From Xanthomonas sp. (GTDB lineage: Bacteria; Pseudomonadota; Gammaproteobacteria; Xanthomonadales; SZUA-5), in contig JAIMJQ010000004.1 in the NCBI GenBank assembly GCA_020693165.1, positions 24,289 through 64,021 on the forward strand: a stretch of 39,733 nucleotides of DNA, written 5' to 3'. The position numbers and the translations under genes were made by a program. The notes under the pieces were generated by a model that saw nothing but the letters and a program-made list of their open reading frames with translations, did no database searches and was not told the DNA's origin. The first letter of the stretch is position 1. The number at the start of each line of letters is the position of its first letter. Of this stretch, positions 9,296 to 17,400 are shown piece by piece.

Positions 9296-9622
9296 ATGGT
9301 GTTCGAAACGTTGATCCCGATCGTGTTGTTCATCTGCATCGCCTACGCCGTCAAGGTCATCATGGATGGCCGCGTGCGCCAACGCCTGGCCCAGTCCGGC
9401 GCCTCGGAGGACCTGGTGCGCACGATGCTCATGGCCGACGAGCAGAACCGCAAGGTGTCGTCGCTGAAGTGGGGCCTGGTGCTGGTACTGGTCGGCGTCG
9501 CCTTCGGCATCATCGACATCTTCAACCTCGATGCCGGCGACCCGGCCACCTTCGGCATCGTCATCGGCGCCGCCGGTCTCGGCATGCTCGGCTTCCACGC
9601 GCTGGCCAATCGCAAGGCCTGA
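9296..9622 (+). CDS. Small 3-TM membrane protein (DUF6249-like), probable ECF target
   Basis: SD AGGAG then MVFETLIPIVLFICIAYAVK...SSLKWGLVLVLVGVAFG...; divergent from the sigma gene. Confidence 0.8.
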   Translation: MVFETLIPIVLFICIAYAVKVIMDGRVRQRLAQSGASEDLVRTMLMADEQNRKVSSLKWGLVLVLVGVAFGIIDIFNLDAGDPATFGIVIGAAGLGMLGFHALANRKA

Positions 9623-9682
9623 AGCCGCTGCCAGGAGCGGCCGCCGGGACGGCGGCGCTGCTGGGGAAGGTCGGGACAAGTG

Positions 9683-9926
9683 CCGTTCGCCCTTCGACAA
9701 GCTCAGGACGAACGGGTAACGCCTTGATCCGTTCGTGGTGAGCCTTCAGTTTCACCAAAAACTGCGCGGTGACCTTGAACCCGCTCATCCTGAGCAGAGC
9801 GTCCGATGCTTTTCCAGGACGCGATCCGATTGCCCTGAGCCTGTCGAAGGGCGAAGGGTGGGCGGCGTCCTTCGACGCCGCGTCCTGATGAAGCGTCGGA
9901 CGCTCTGCTCAGGATGAGCGGGTTCA
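9683..9926. repeat. Nested palindromic repeat cluster (CCCTTCGACAAGCTCAGG-type units)
   Basis: CCGTTCGCCCTTCGACAAGCTCAGGACGAACGG at 9683-9715. A 36-bp inverted repeat at 9776-9811/9891-9926 (one mismatch) encloses a reverse unit CCCTGAGCCTGTCGAAGGG. Confidence 0.85.
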
Positions 9927-9972
9927 TGGCCCGTGTACAGCTTTTACCAAAAGCGGGTTGCTCGAAATGACG

Positions 9973-9985
9973 AATCAACGACTTA
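9973..9985 (+). promoter_or_regulatory. IHF-consensus site
   Basis: AATCAACGACTTA matches WATCAANNNNTTR exactly, in a relatively AT-rich intergenic patch. Confidence 0.5.
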
Positions 9986-10120
9986 CGATATCGGTTCATG
10001 GAAAGCCTGTCGAACCATGAACGGCATGGGTGTTCAACGGCCCCGATGCCCGCAGCCCGCGAGCGTAAGCACCTCGCACGGTTGCTACACTGCTTCGCCC
10101 CGCTTCACCCACGCAATGCC

Positions 10121-11353
10121 TTGCCCCCCAGCGGCCTCCCCTACTGGCGCCTGTCGGCGTTCTATTTCGCCTACCTGGCGGCGCTCGGCGGCTATGCGCC
10201 GTACTTCGCGCCGTACCTGGAAACGCGCGGCCTGAGCGCCTGGCAGATCAGCATCGTGATGAGCCTGTGGTACGCCACGCGCGTGTTCGCGCCGTCGCTG
10301 TGGGGCGCGGCGACGGCGCGCGCGGCCCGCCCGATCCGCTGGTTGCGCGCGGGCGCCTTGGCCACGCTGGCCAGTTTCGCGATGTTTCTGCTGCCCTTCG
10401 ATTTCGCCGCGCTGCTGGCGGTGATGTTCCTGTTCGCCAGCGTCTACAACGCGATCATGCCGCAGTTCGAGGCGCTGACCCTGGCGCGCCTGGGAGCGCG
10501 GCGATCGTTGTATGGGCGCATCCGCGTCTGGGGTTCGGTCGGCTTCGTCTGCGCCAACCTCGGCTTTGGTGCCTTGCTGCAGGCCCTCGGCTACCACTGG
10601 CTGGTGGCGACGCTGCTGCCGGTGTTCGTGCTGCTGGTCGCGACCACCTGGATCAACGCGGATACCCCGGCGCAGCCCGACGAACCGGCCGTCGGCGGCT
10701 TCCGCCAGAACGTCCTGCCGCGACTGCGCGACCGACCGCTGTGGGTGTTCCTGCTGACGGCGCTGGCGATGCAGCTCAGCCATGGCGCGTTCTACGTGTT
10801 CCTGTCGCTGCACCTCGATCGCAACGGCTACTCGCCGCAGGCGATCGGCGCGCTGTGGGCGGTCGGCGTGGTGGCCGAGATCGGCATGTTCCTGATCGTG
10901 CCGCGGATCATGCAACGCGCCAGCCCGCGCGCAGTGATGGCCTTCTGCTTCGGCGTCGGCAGCGTGCGCTGGCTGGTCACCGCGCTGCTGCCGCAGTCGG
11001 CGGTCGCCATCACGCTGGCGCAGATCGGGCACGCGTTCACCTTCGCCGCCTTCCACAGCGCCAGCATCCAGGCGATCAGCCAGTTCTTCCCCGGTCGCAG
11101 CGGCGTGCATGGACAGGGCCTGTTGTACGGATTCAGCTCCGGTCTGGGCGGCGTCCTTGGCGCCCTGCTCGCCGGCGTGTTGTGGGAATTCGGCGGCGGT
11201 CGGGCCAGCTTCATCGGCTCGGCGGTGGCGTCGCTGCTGGGCCTGGCGCTGGCGTTGCGGGTGCGGGTTCCCGATGAAAAGACCTCGGCCCCGCAGGAGC
11301 GGCGTCCACGTCCAGACCATCAGACCCGTGCGGAACCCGCGCCCCGCAGATAA
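10121..11353 (+). CDS. MFS transporter (HcaT/MFS_1-like family); start TTG 10121 preferred over 9998
   Basis: YWRLSAFYFAYLAALGGYAPY, YGRIRVWGSVGF, LWAVGVVAEI, HAFTFAAFH motifs; about 12 TM segments. Confidence 0.9.
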   Translation: MPPSGLPYWRLSAFYFAYLAALGGYAPYFAPYLETRGLSAWQISIVMSLWYATRVFAPSLWGAATARAARPIRWLRAGALATLASFAMFLLPFDFAALLAVMFLFASVYNAIMPQFEALTLARLGARRSLYGRIRVWGSVGFVCANLGFGALLQALGYHWLVATLLPVFVLLVATTWINADTPAQPDEPAVGGFRQNVLPRLRDRPLWVFLLTALAMQLSHGAFYVFLSLHLDRNGYSPQAIGALWAVGVVAEIGMFLIVPRIMQRASPRAVMAFCFGVGSVRWLVTALLPQSAVAITLAQIGHAFTFAAFHSASIQAISQFFPGRSGVHGQGLLYGFSSGLGGVLGALLAGVLWEFGGGRASFIGSAVASLLGLALALRVRVPDEKTSAPQERRPRPDHQTRAEPAPRR

Positions 11354-11454
11354 TGGCCGTGCCGTGTCCCACCCGCGCGGATGCGCTACGCCGGTGAAGC
11401 GCTTCCGCCACCCGGCCCGCGACACGCCATCGTCCGACGTGCGATGCGCGTATC

Positions 11455-11560
11455 GGTGGAATCCGTAGGATCAAGCGTGTGCGGGTTCCACCCGACCGGG
11501 AATCCAGCCTTGCGCGGGCTGGCCACGGATTCTTTGCCGCAGGCAAAGGATCCGCCCTAC
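11455..11560. repeat. Hairpin/REP-like cluster between convergent genes
   Basis: GGTGGAATCCGTA/TGCGGGTTCCACC stem, CCAGCCT/GGGCTGG stem, and CGGATTCTTTGCC-GCA-GGCAAAGGATCCG followed by CCCTAC (GTAGGG REP foot on the minus strand). Confidence 0.6.
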
Positions 11561-11566
11561 CCGACC

Positions 11567-12283
11567 TCAATGGCAATCCAGCAATGGCCGCAACGCCGCC
11601 AGCGGCCCGGTATCCGGCAGCACCCACGGCGCGACGAAGAAGAACACGCCGAATAGCGCCAGCAAAGTTCCGAGGTAGCGCTTCAACCCCGGGCTGACTC
11701 CAGGCTGCGCGCCGCGACCGACGGCGACGCCGAGGCCGAGCAAAGCCGGCAAGGTGCCGAGACCAAAGGCACCCATGAACAGCGCGCCCTGCACCGGACT
11801 GGCGAAGCCGATGCTCAAGGTCAGCATGCCGTAGACCAGTCCGCACGGCAGCAATCCCCAGATGCTACCGAAGGCCAGCGCCTTGCCGAAGCTGTCGATC
11901 GGCAACAGTCGCCGACTGATCGGCTGCAGTCGCCGCCACAGCGGCGCGCCGACCCCGGCCATGCGGTCGAGCAGGCGCGTCCAGCCGGCAAGTTGCAGAC
12001 CCATCAGCACCAGCGTCAACGCCGCGAGCGCGCGCAGCGCCCAGATTCCAGTCGGCTGTTCCAGCCAACTACCAAGGCCAGCGCCGAACGCACCCACCAG
12101 CGCACCCAGCGTGGCATAGCCGGCGATGCGACCGAGGCTCGCCGCCAGCGGAACGGCGATTGGCTGCCGTTGCGCACCGGAGACTCCAAACGCCGCAGCG
12201 ATCCCGCCGCACATGGCCAGGCAATGACCGCTGCCGGCGAGACCCAGCAACAGCGCTGCGCCGAGCGTCAATTCACCGATCAT
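11567..12283 (-). CDS. DsbD_2/TauE-SafE-like membrane protein of the cco assembly cluster
   Basis: GLAGSGHCLAMCGG and GSIWGLLPCGLVY motifs, MGAFGLGTLP. Overlaps the end of ccoS. Confidence 0.9.
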   Translation of the reverse strand: MIGELTLGAALLLGLAGSGHCLAMCGGIAAAFGVSGAQRQPIAVPLAASLGRIAGYATLGALVGAFGAGLGSWLEQPTGIWALRALAALTLVLMGLQLAGWTRLLDRMAGVGAPLWRRLQPISRRLLPIDSFGKALAFGSIWGLLPCGLVYGMLTLSIGFASPVQGALFMGAFGLGTLPALLGLGVAVGRGAQPGVSPGLKRYLGTLLALFGVFFFVAPWVLPDTGPLAALRPLLDCH

Positions 12284-12449
12284 GTTCCGACTTGCGCGTC
12301 GGCATTGGCGCATCGTCGTCGGCGAGGATATCGAGCGCCGGCGTCTCCATGTCCTCGAACTGGTCGTTGTCGACTGCCCAGAAGAATGCGTATACGGCGG
12401 CAAGCACCAGCATCAGCGACAACGGAATCAGCACCAGCAGGATATTCAT
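12273..12449 (-). CDS. ccoS: cbb3-type cytochrome oxidase maturation protein CcoS/FixS
   Basis: MNILLVLIPLSLMLV...FFWAVDNDQFEDMETPALDILADD. Confidence 0.93.
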   Translation of the reverse strand: MNILLVLIPLSLMLVLAAVYAFFWAVDNDQFEDMETPALDILADDDAPMPTRKSEHDR

Positions 12450-12495
12450 GCACACTCTCACCAAATGCCACAAATGACTGATTTATAACGCACTT

Positions 12496-12590
12496 CAGAG
12501 CGGGGCAAGGGGCAAGGTACCCAATCTCGCCGCACGGTCCGACCGTGACGCGGTCTCGACCGCCTGCCCCCTGCCCCCTGCCCCGTTTTG
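12496..12590. repeat. Inverted short tandem (6-7 nt unit) repeat hairpin
   Basis: CAGAGCGGGGCAAGGGGCAAGG ... CCTGCCCCCTGCCCCCTGCCCCGTTTTG. Confidence 0.6.
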
Positions 12591-12604
12591 ATCTTGTTGG
12601 TTGG

Positions 12605-12706
12605 GCGAATAAGCGCACCGCCAGGGGCGACCGGGACTCTGACCGGACAAAAATGCAGTCCACTGGATGCGCGAACACCCGCACCGGCAGCGACGAACTC
12701 GACACT
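12605..12706. repeat. Two tandem copies of a 36-nt dispersed repeat (period 66 nt)
   Basis: GCGAATAAGCGCACCGCCAGGGGCGACCGGGACTCT (12605-12640) and a degenerate copy at 12671-12706 (26/36 ungapped). Third copy at 39660-39695. Confidence 0.7.
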
Positions 12707-15140
12707 AAGTCCGCCCAGGCACGGGTGCCGCATGCAGGGCATCGGCAGCGACTGGCGCTCGCGCACGCTCGCGCAACAGCCGCATCGAGTTCCAGACCAC
12801 GACCATGGAACTGGCCGACATGCCGATTGCGGCCAGCCACGGCGGCACCCATCCGAGCGCCGCAGCCGGAATCGCCAGCCCATTGTAGGCATAGGACCAG
12901 CGGATGTTCTGGCGGATCGTCGCCATTGTCCGCCGCGCCAGGCGCATCGCATCCGGCACCGCGCACAGTCGCGATCCGAGCAGGATCAGGTCGGCGTGCG
13001 CCTTGGCGAGGTCGGCACCCTGCCCCATCGCGACCGAAACCGCGGCGCGACCGAGCACCGGTGCGTCGTTGACGCCATCGCCGACCATCAGAGTCGGTCC
13101 AGCGGCAAGCTGCATGCGTTCGACCACCTCGATCTTGGCGGCCGGCGGTTGGTCGGCGTGCCAGTCGGCCAGTCCCAGCCGCGCCGCGACGGCGGCCACC
13201 CGCCCGGCGCTGTCGCCGCTGAGCAACACGCTCGAGCAGCCGAGCGCTTGAAGTTCCGCCAGAGCGTCGGCGGCGTCGGCGCGCACCTGGTCCTCCAACG
13301 TGAAACCGGCGAGCGCGCGGCCGTCGATCGACAGCAACACATCGCCCTCCAGTGGCGCCGGCGCAGAGTCCTGGCGTTGCAGGGCAAAATCGGCACGACC
13401 CAGTCGATAGCGATGACCATCGATCACCGCCTCGACGCCCTGCCCGGCAATCTGGCGCCGCTCGCTGGCCGCAGCCAGCGGCGCCACGCTGGCAAAAGCA
13501 CGCGCGATCGGGTGCGTCGCCTCGCGTTCGAGCGTCGCCGCGATCGCCAGGGCATGCGCGCCGTCGCAGCCCGGCGCCAGCGTCGTTCGCGTAATGCGGA
13601 TGCGGCCGTTGGTCAGGGTGCCGGTCTTGTCGAACAGCACCTGGCGAACCTGCGCCAGCGTCTCCAGCGCCGCCGGCCGCACCACCAGCACGCCGAGGCG
13701 TGCCAGACCCTGGCTCGCCGCGGCCAGCGCCGTCGGCAGCGCCAGCGACAGCGCGCACGGACAGGACACCACCAGCACCGCCAGTGCCACCTCGAAGGCA
13801 CGCTCCGGGACGAACCACAGCCAGGCCAGCGCCACCAGCACGGTCAGCACCAGCACCCGGCCGATGAAGAAACGTGCCACGCGCTCGGCCATCATCAGGC
13901 TGGCCGGCTTCTCGGCCTGGGCGTTGTCGGCCATGCGCGCCAGCGACGACAGCAAGGTGGCGGCGCCGGTGCGCTCGACGCACAGGCGCAGCGGCCGGGT
14001 GATGGCGACGCTTCCCGCCAGGACCGTGTCGCCAACGCGCTTGTCGATCGGCCGCGACTCGCCGGTGAGGATCGCCTCGTCGATGTCGGCGTGCTCGTCC
14101 AAAACGATACCGTCGACCGGAATGGTGCATCCGGCAGCAACCAGGATGCGGTCGCCGGCCTGCAGTTCCAGCGTCGCCACTTCGACCTCGCCAGCGGCGT
14201 CGATGCGGCGCGCCAGCGGCGGCAAGCCGGATGACAGCACGCCGAGACTGACCTGCGCACGATGGCGCACGCTCTGTTCGGCAAAGCGGCCGAGCAACAG
14301 GAAGAACACGAACATCGTCAACGAATCGAAGTAGACCTCGGCGCCGCCGCGCCAGGACTCGTAGATGCTTGCCGCGAAGGCCAGCGCCAGCGCCAGCGCG
14401 ACCGGCGTATCCATGCCGACGCGACGCGCGCGCCACTCGCGCCAGGCGCCGCTGAAGAACGGTCGGCCGGCGTAGAAGATCACTGGCGCGGCGACCGCCA
14501 TGCTGACCCAGCGGAAGAAGTCGCGCACGGTCGGCTCCATGCCCTCGAAGGCCCCGGCATACAGGGCGACGCCGTACATCATCGCCTGCATCATGCCGAC
14601 GCCGGCGACCGCCAGTCGCTTCAGCGCATCGCGGCGCTCGCGCTTGATGCGGTCGAGCGCATGCGTCGGGTCGGCCAGGTGCGGCGTGTAGCCGAGCACC
14701 GACAGGCGCTGCGCCAGCATCGACAGGCTGACGTCGGCCTCGCGCCAGCGCAAGCTGACGCGCTGGGTCAGCGGCTGCACTTTGACACGCAGCACGCCAG
14801 GCTCGGCACCGAGAGCGCGCTCGATCAACCAGGTGCAGGCGGCGCAACGGATGCCGTCGAGCGACAGGGTAATATCGCGCACGCCGTCGACTGCCGCGCC
14901 GGCGTAATAGCGCAGCACGGCTGGTCGATCGAACACCGAGTAATCGCTGGCTGCGCCGCGACCGGGTCCGACGCCGTCGCAACGCAGCCGGTAGTAATCG
15001 CCAAGGCCCTGCCCGTGGATCCACTCGACCGCGGCGCGACAACCCGCGCAGCAGACCGAACGCTCGACACCCGCGACCGTGACTGCCAGCGCGTCGCCTG
15101 CGGCCACGGGTTCCTGACAATGGAAGCACAACGGTTGCAT
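12705..15140 (-). CDS. ccoI: Heavy-metal (Cu) P1B-type ATPase CcoI/FixI
   Basis: N-terminal CFHC...CCAGC...GLGDYY, HMA motif CAAC, TGES, CPC, DKTGT, GDGVND. Confidence 0.93.
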   Translation of the reverse strand: MQPLCFHCQEPVAAGDALAVTVAGVERSVCCAGCRAAVEWIHGQGLGDYYRLRCDGVGPGRGAASDYSVFDRPAVLRYYAGAAVDGVRDITLSLDGIRCAACTWLIERALGAEPGVLRVKVQPLTQRVSLRWREADVSLSMLAQRLSVLGYTPHLADPTHALDRIKRERRDALKRLAVAGVGMMQAMMYGVALYAGAFEGMEPTVRDFFRWVSMAVAAPVIFYAGRPFFSGAWREWRARRVGMDTPVALALALAFAASIYESWRGGAEVYFDSLTMFVFFLLLGRFAEQSVRHRAQVSLGVLSSGLPPLARRIDAAGEVEVATLELQAGDRILVAAGCTIPVDGIVLDEHADIDEAILTGESRPIDKRVGDTVLAGSVAITRPLRLCVERTGAATLLSSLARMADNAQAEKPASLMMAERVARFFIGRVLVLTVLVALAWLWFVPERAFEVALAVLVVSCPCALSLALPTALAAASQGLARLGVLVVRPAALETLAQVRQVLFDKTGTLTNGRIRITRTTLAPGCDGAHALAIAATLEREATHPIARAFASVAPLAAASERRQIAGQGVEAVIDGHRYRLGRADFALQRQDSAPAPLEGDVLLSIDGRALAGFTLEDQVRADAADALAELQALGCSSVLLSGDSAGRVAAVAARLGLADWHADQPPAAKIEVVERMQLAAGPTLMVGDGVNDAPVLGRAAVSVAMGQGADLAKAHADLILLGSRLCAVPDAMRLARRTMATIRQNIRWSYAYNGLAIPAAALGWVPPWLAAIGMSASSMVVVWNSMRLLRERARAPVAADALHAAPVPGRT

Positions 15141-15169
15141 GCGCAGCGTCCTGTCGCGCTGACCGACGC

Positions 15170-15673
15170 TCAGTACTGGAACTGCACCGTGTTGGCCGCC
15201 ACGTCGATCGTGCCGGGCAGTTCCCAGCCGATCTCGGGCGCGCTCAGCAACGGCAGCAGACTTTGCGTCGATGCCGGCCAAGCACCGCGGTAGCGACCAT
15301 CGTCGCCACGGGTCAGCAGCACCACCTCATCGCGGTTGGCCATGGTCGGATGCCACAGCCGCAGCATCAGCGTGGGCGGGAGGTCACGACCGACCAGATC
15401 GACGGCGACCCCGCGAGTGGCCGGGTCGATGCGCGCACTGGCCTGGATGCCGAGTTCGCGCGCCTTGCTGACGCCGACGTGCTCGCCGTACAGCACCGGT
15501 CCGGTGCGGGTCACGGTTTCCGGCAGCGGTTTGTCGCCATGGCGGATGGCGATCGCCAGTGTCGTCAATCCAGCCACCACCGAAGCGGCCACCGGCAGGA
15601 AAATCAACCAATGCCAGGGGAGCCCGCCATTCCGTGCTGCGCCTTCGTCCATGATCGATTGTGCCACGCTCAT
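15170..15673 (-). CDS. ccoH: FixH/CcoH-family protein
   Basis: PWHWLIFLPVAASVVAGLTTLAIA single TM and LRLWHPTMANRD motif; directly upstream of ccoI. Confidence 0.82.
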   Translation of the reverse strand: MSVAQSIMDEGAARNGGLPWHWLIFLPVAASVVAGLTTLAIAIRHGDKPLPETVTRTGPVLYGEHVGVSKARELGIQASARIDPATRGVAVDLVGRDLPPTLMLRLWHPTMANRDEVVLLTRGDDGRYRGAWPASTQSLLPLLSAPEIGWELPGTIDVAANTVQFQY

Positions 15674-15731
15674 CCGGCAAGATTCCGTAAATTCCGTTGA
15701 TGCAGTCTCCCACCCTGCATCCGCTTGGGTA

Positions 15732-15745
15732 TTGATCGCTGTCAG
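15732..15745 (-). promoter_or_regulatory. FNR/Anr box upstream of ccoH
   Basis: TTGAT-CGCT-GTCAG versus consensus TTGAT-N4-ATCAA. Centre is about 41.5 nt upstream of a start site implied by the -10-like GAGACT at 15709-15704. Confidence 0.65.
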
Positions 15746-17400
15746 ACCGCGGGATAGAGCGGCGGCAATACCGGCGGCGGCGCCGTGCCGCCTGCGCCGC
15801 GCCAGTTCGGGCCCGCCTGGAAAGCGGCGCGCAACGCGGCGCGAACGTCGGCGTGGTCTTCAGCCTTTGACCGCGGCGCCCATTGCAGACGCTGCAGTGC
15901 TTTCACCGCTTCGCGCTGGCGATCATCGGCAAGTCGCTCGACCACTGCTCCCAGATTCAGGCACGGCGGCGCGGCGACGTGCCGCAGCGCATCGCCGATC
16001 GCGTGCAGATCGCCATCGGCGAGCGCCCTGCGCAGCAGCAAGGGATCGCTCTTCACCGGCGCGGCGCCACCCGCTGCAGCTACTTCCGCGCGACGATGAC
16101 GACCGCGCCGCCAACCCCACAGCAACGCCAGCAGCAGACCCATCGACAATGCCGCGGCCGCCAATTGCCAGACACGCAGGGCGTGCAGCAACTCGGCATC
16201 CGACTGCGCGGGTTCGAAGGCGGCCGCTGGCGTGGACGGCAGCGGATCGGCTATCGCCACAGCCGCGCCCGGCGCGACCTCAATGCTCGCCGCCGCCAGC
16301 ACGGCGACGTCGGCGCGATCGCTCTCGGTGTTCCAGTAGCGCTGTCGCAGTTCCGGCAGTTCGAGAACACCATCGCGCGTCGGCACGATGGCAAAGCGCT
16401 GGCGCAGGGTCGCCAGCGGTTGGCCGTCGACGATCCGGTCCTGACGCTGGGCCGGTTCGGGGAATACCTGCGCATCGGCGATCGGCGGCAGTTCGAGGTC
16501 GGGTAGTTGCGCTGAAGTCGCGCCATCGGCGGTCAGCGTGACGTCGACCAGCAGCGGTTCGCCCGCGCGCGCCGATGGCGGCAGATCGCCGCGGGTCAAA
16601 CTCATGGCACGCACAGCAAGCCACGGTTGCGGCGCATCGGCGGGTTGCGCACGCACCTCAAGCGTAAACGCCTGGCCGACTGCGCTGACACTCTGCGAGC
16701 GACTGAAAAAGCCATTGCCGCCGGTGCTTTGAGCGTTACCGCGAAAACGCGCCGCCGGCAACTCCAGCGGGCCGCTGTGCTCCGGAATCAGCAGGTAGCG
16801 ACGTTCGAACACCCCGTAGCGACGACCGCCGATCTCCACCTGGCTCTGACGGTCCTCGCCGAGTTGCTGCAGGCTGGCATTCGCCGGTGCCGGCGCGCTG
16901 ACATCGCCACCCAGGAGTGGCAGCGCGTAGTACAGCCGCACCGTGTAGGCGACCGCCTGCTGCACATACGGCGAGGTCGTACTCAGTTCGCTTTCGATGA
17001 AGATCGGATCGCCGCGATCGGCCGATCCGCTCTGCGGCGGGACCACCGTCAACGACAGCGCCTGCGTGCTCGAACCGCCAACCACGATCGGCGGCACCGT
17101 CAGCACGCCCTCGACGCGCGGCTCGATCTCGATCGAATAGGCCACTTTGGCCGAGTAGCCTGCGTTTCCGAGGCTGGTCTGCACGCTGCTCGATTGCGCG
17201 CGGACAATGAAACTCTGGTCGAGCACGCTGAAATCCGGCTGCGCATTGACCTCGTCGGTTTCGATGGTCAGCGTTGCGGTGTTGCCGAGCGTGATCTGAT
17301 CGGGCTGCAGAGTAGCCCGCGCTGCGGCATGCGCGACCGCGCTGCCGATCAGCAGCAGCGCCGGCACGATGACGCAACACGCCAGTCGTCGAATTTTCAT
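15742..17400 (-). CDS. batD: BatD-family protein
   Basis: Signal peptide, PDFSVL...SSVQ, PYVQQAVAYTVRLY, ERRYLLIPEHSG, C-terminal TM; last gene of the MoxR-VWA operon. Confidence 0.85.
   Translation of the reverse strand: MKIRRLACCVIVPALLLIGSAVAHAAARATLQPDQITLGNTATLTIETDEVNAQPDFSVLDQSFIVRAQSSSVQTSLGNAGYSAKVAYSIEIEPRVEGVLTVPPIVVGGSSTQALSLTVVPPQSGSADRGDPIFIESELSTTSPYVQQAVAYTVRLYYALPLLGGDVSAPAPANASLQQLGEDRQSQVEIGGRRYGVFERRYLLIPEHSGPLELPAARFRGNAQSTGGNGFFSRSQSVSAVGQAFTLEVRAQPADAPQPWLAVRAMSLTRGDLPPSARAGEPLLVDVTLTADGATSAQLPDLELPPIADAQVFPEPAQRQDRIVDGQPLATLRQRFAIVPTRDGVLELPELRQRYWNTESDRADVAVLAAASIEVAPGAAVAIADPLPSTPAAAFEPAQSDAELLHALRVWQLAAAALSMGLLLALLWGWRRGRHRRAEVAAAGGAAPVKSDPLLLRRALADGDLHAIGDALRHVAAPPCLNLGAVVERLADDRQREAVKALQRLQWAPRSKAEDHADVRAALRAAFQAGPNWRGAGGTAPPPVLPPLYPAV

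Noticed and set aside
9703-9999. Small ORFs in the 9622-10121 intergenic region
   Set aside because: They are translations of the palindromic repeats (for example RPELVEG, PFDKLRTNG) with no coding support.
12605-12706. Possible mini CRISPR array (36-nt repeat, 30-nt spacer)
   Set aside because: Only two units at 26/36 identity, no GTT...AAC-type ends, no cas genes or leader in the window, and the predicted period at the other locus differs (about 74 nt). Kept as a dispersed repeat.
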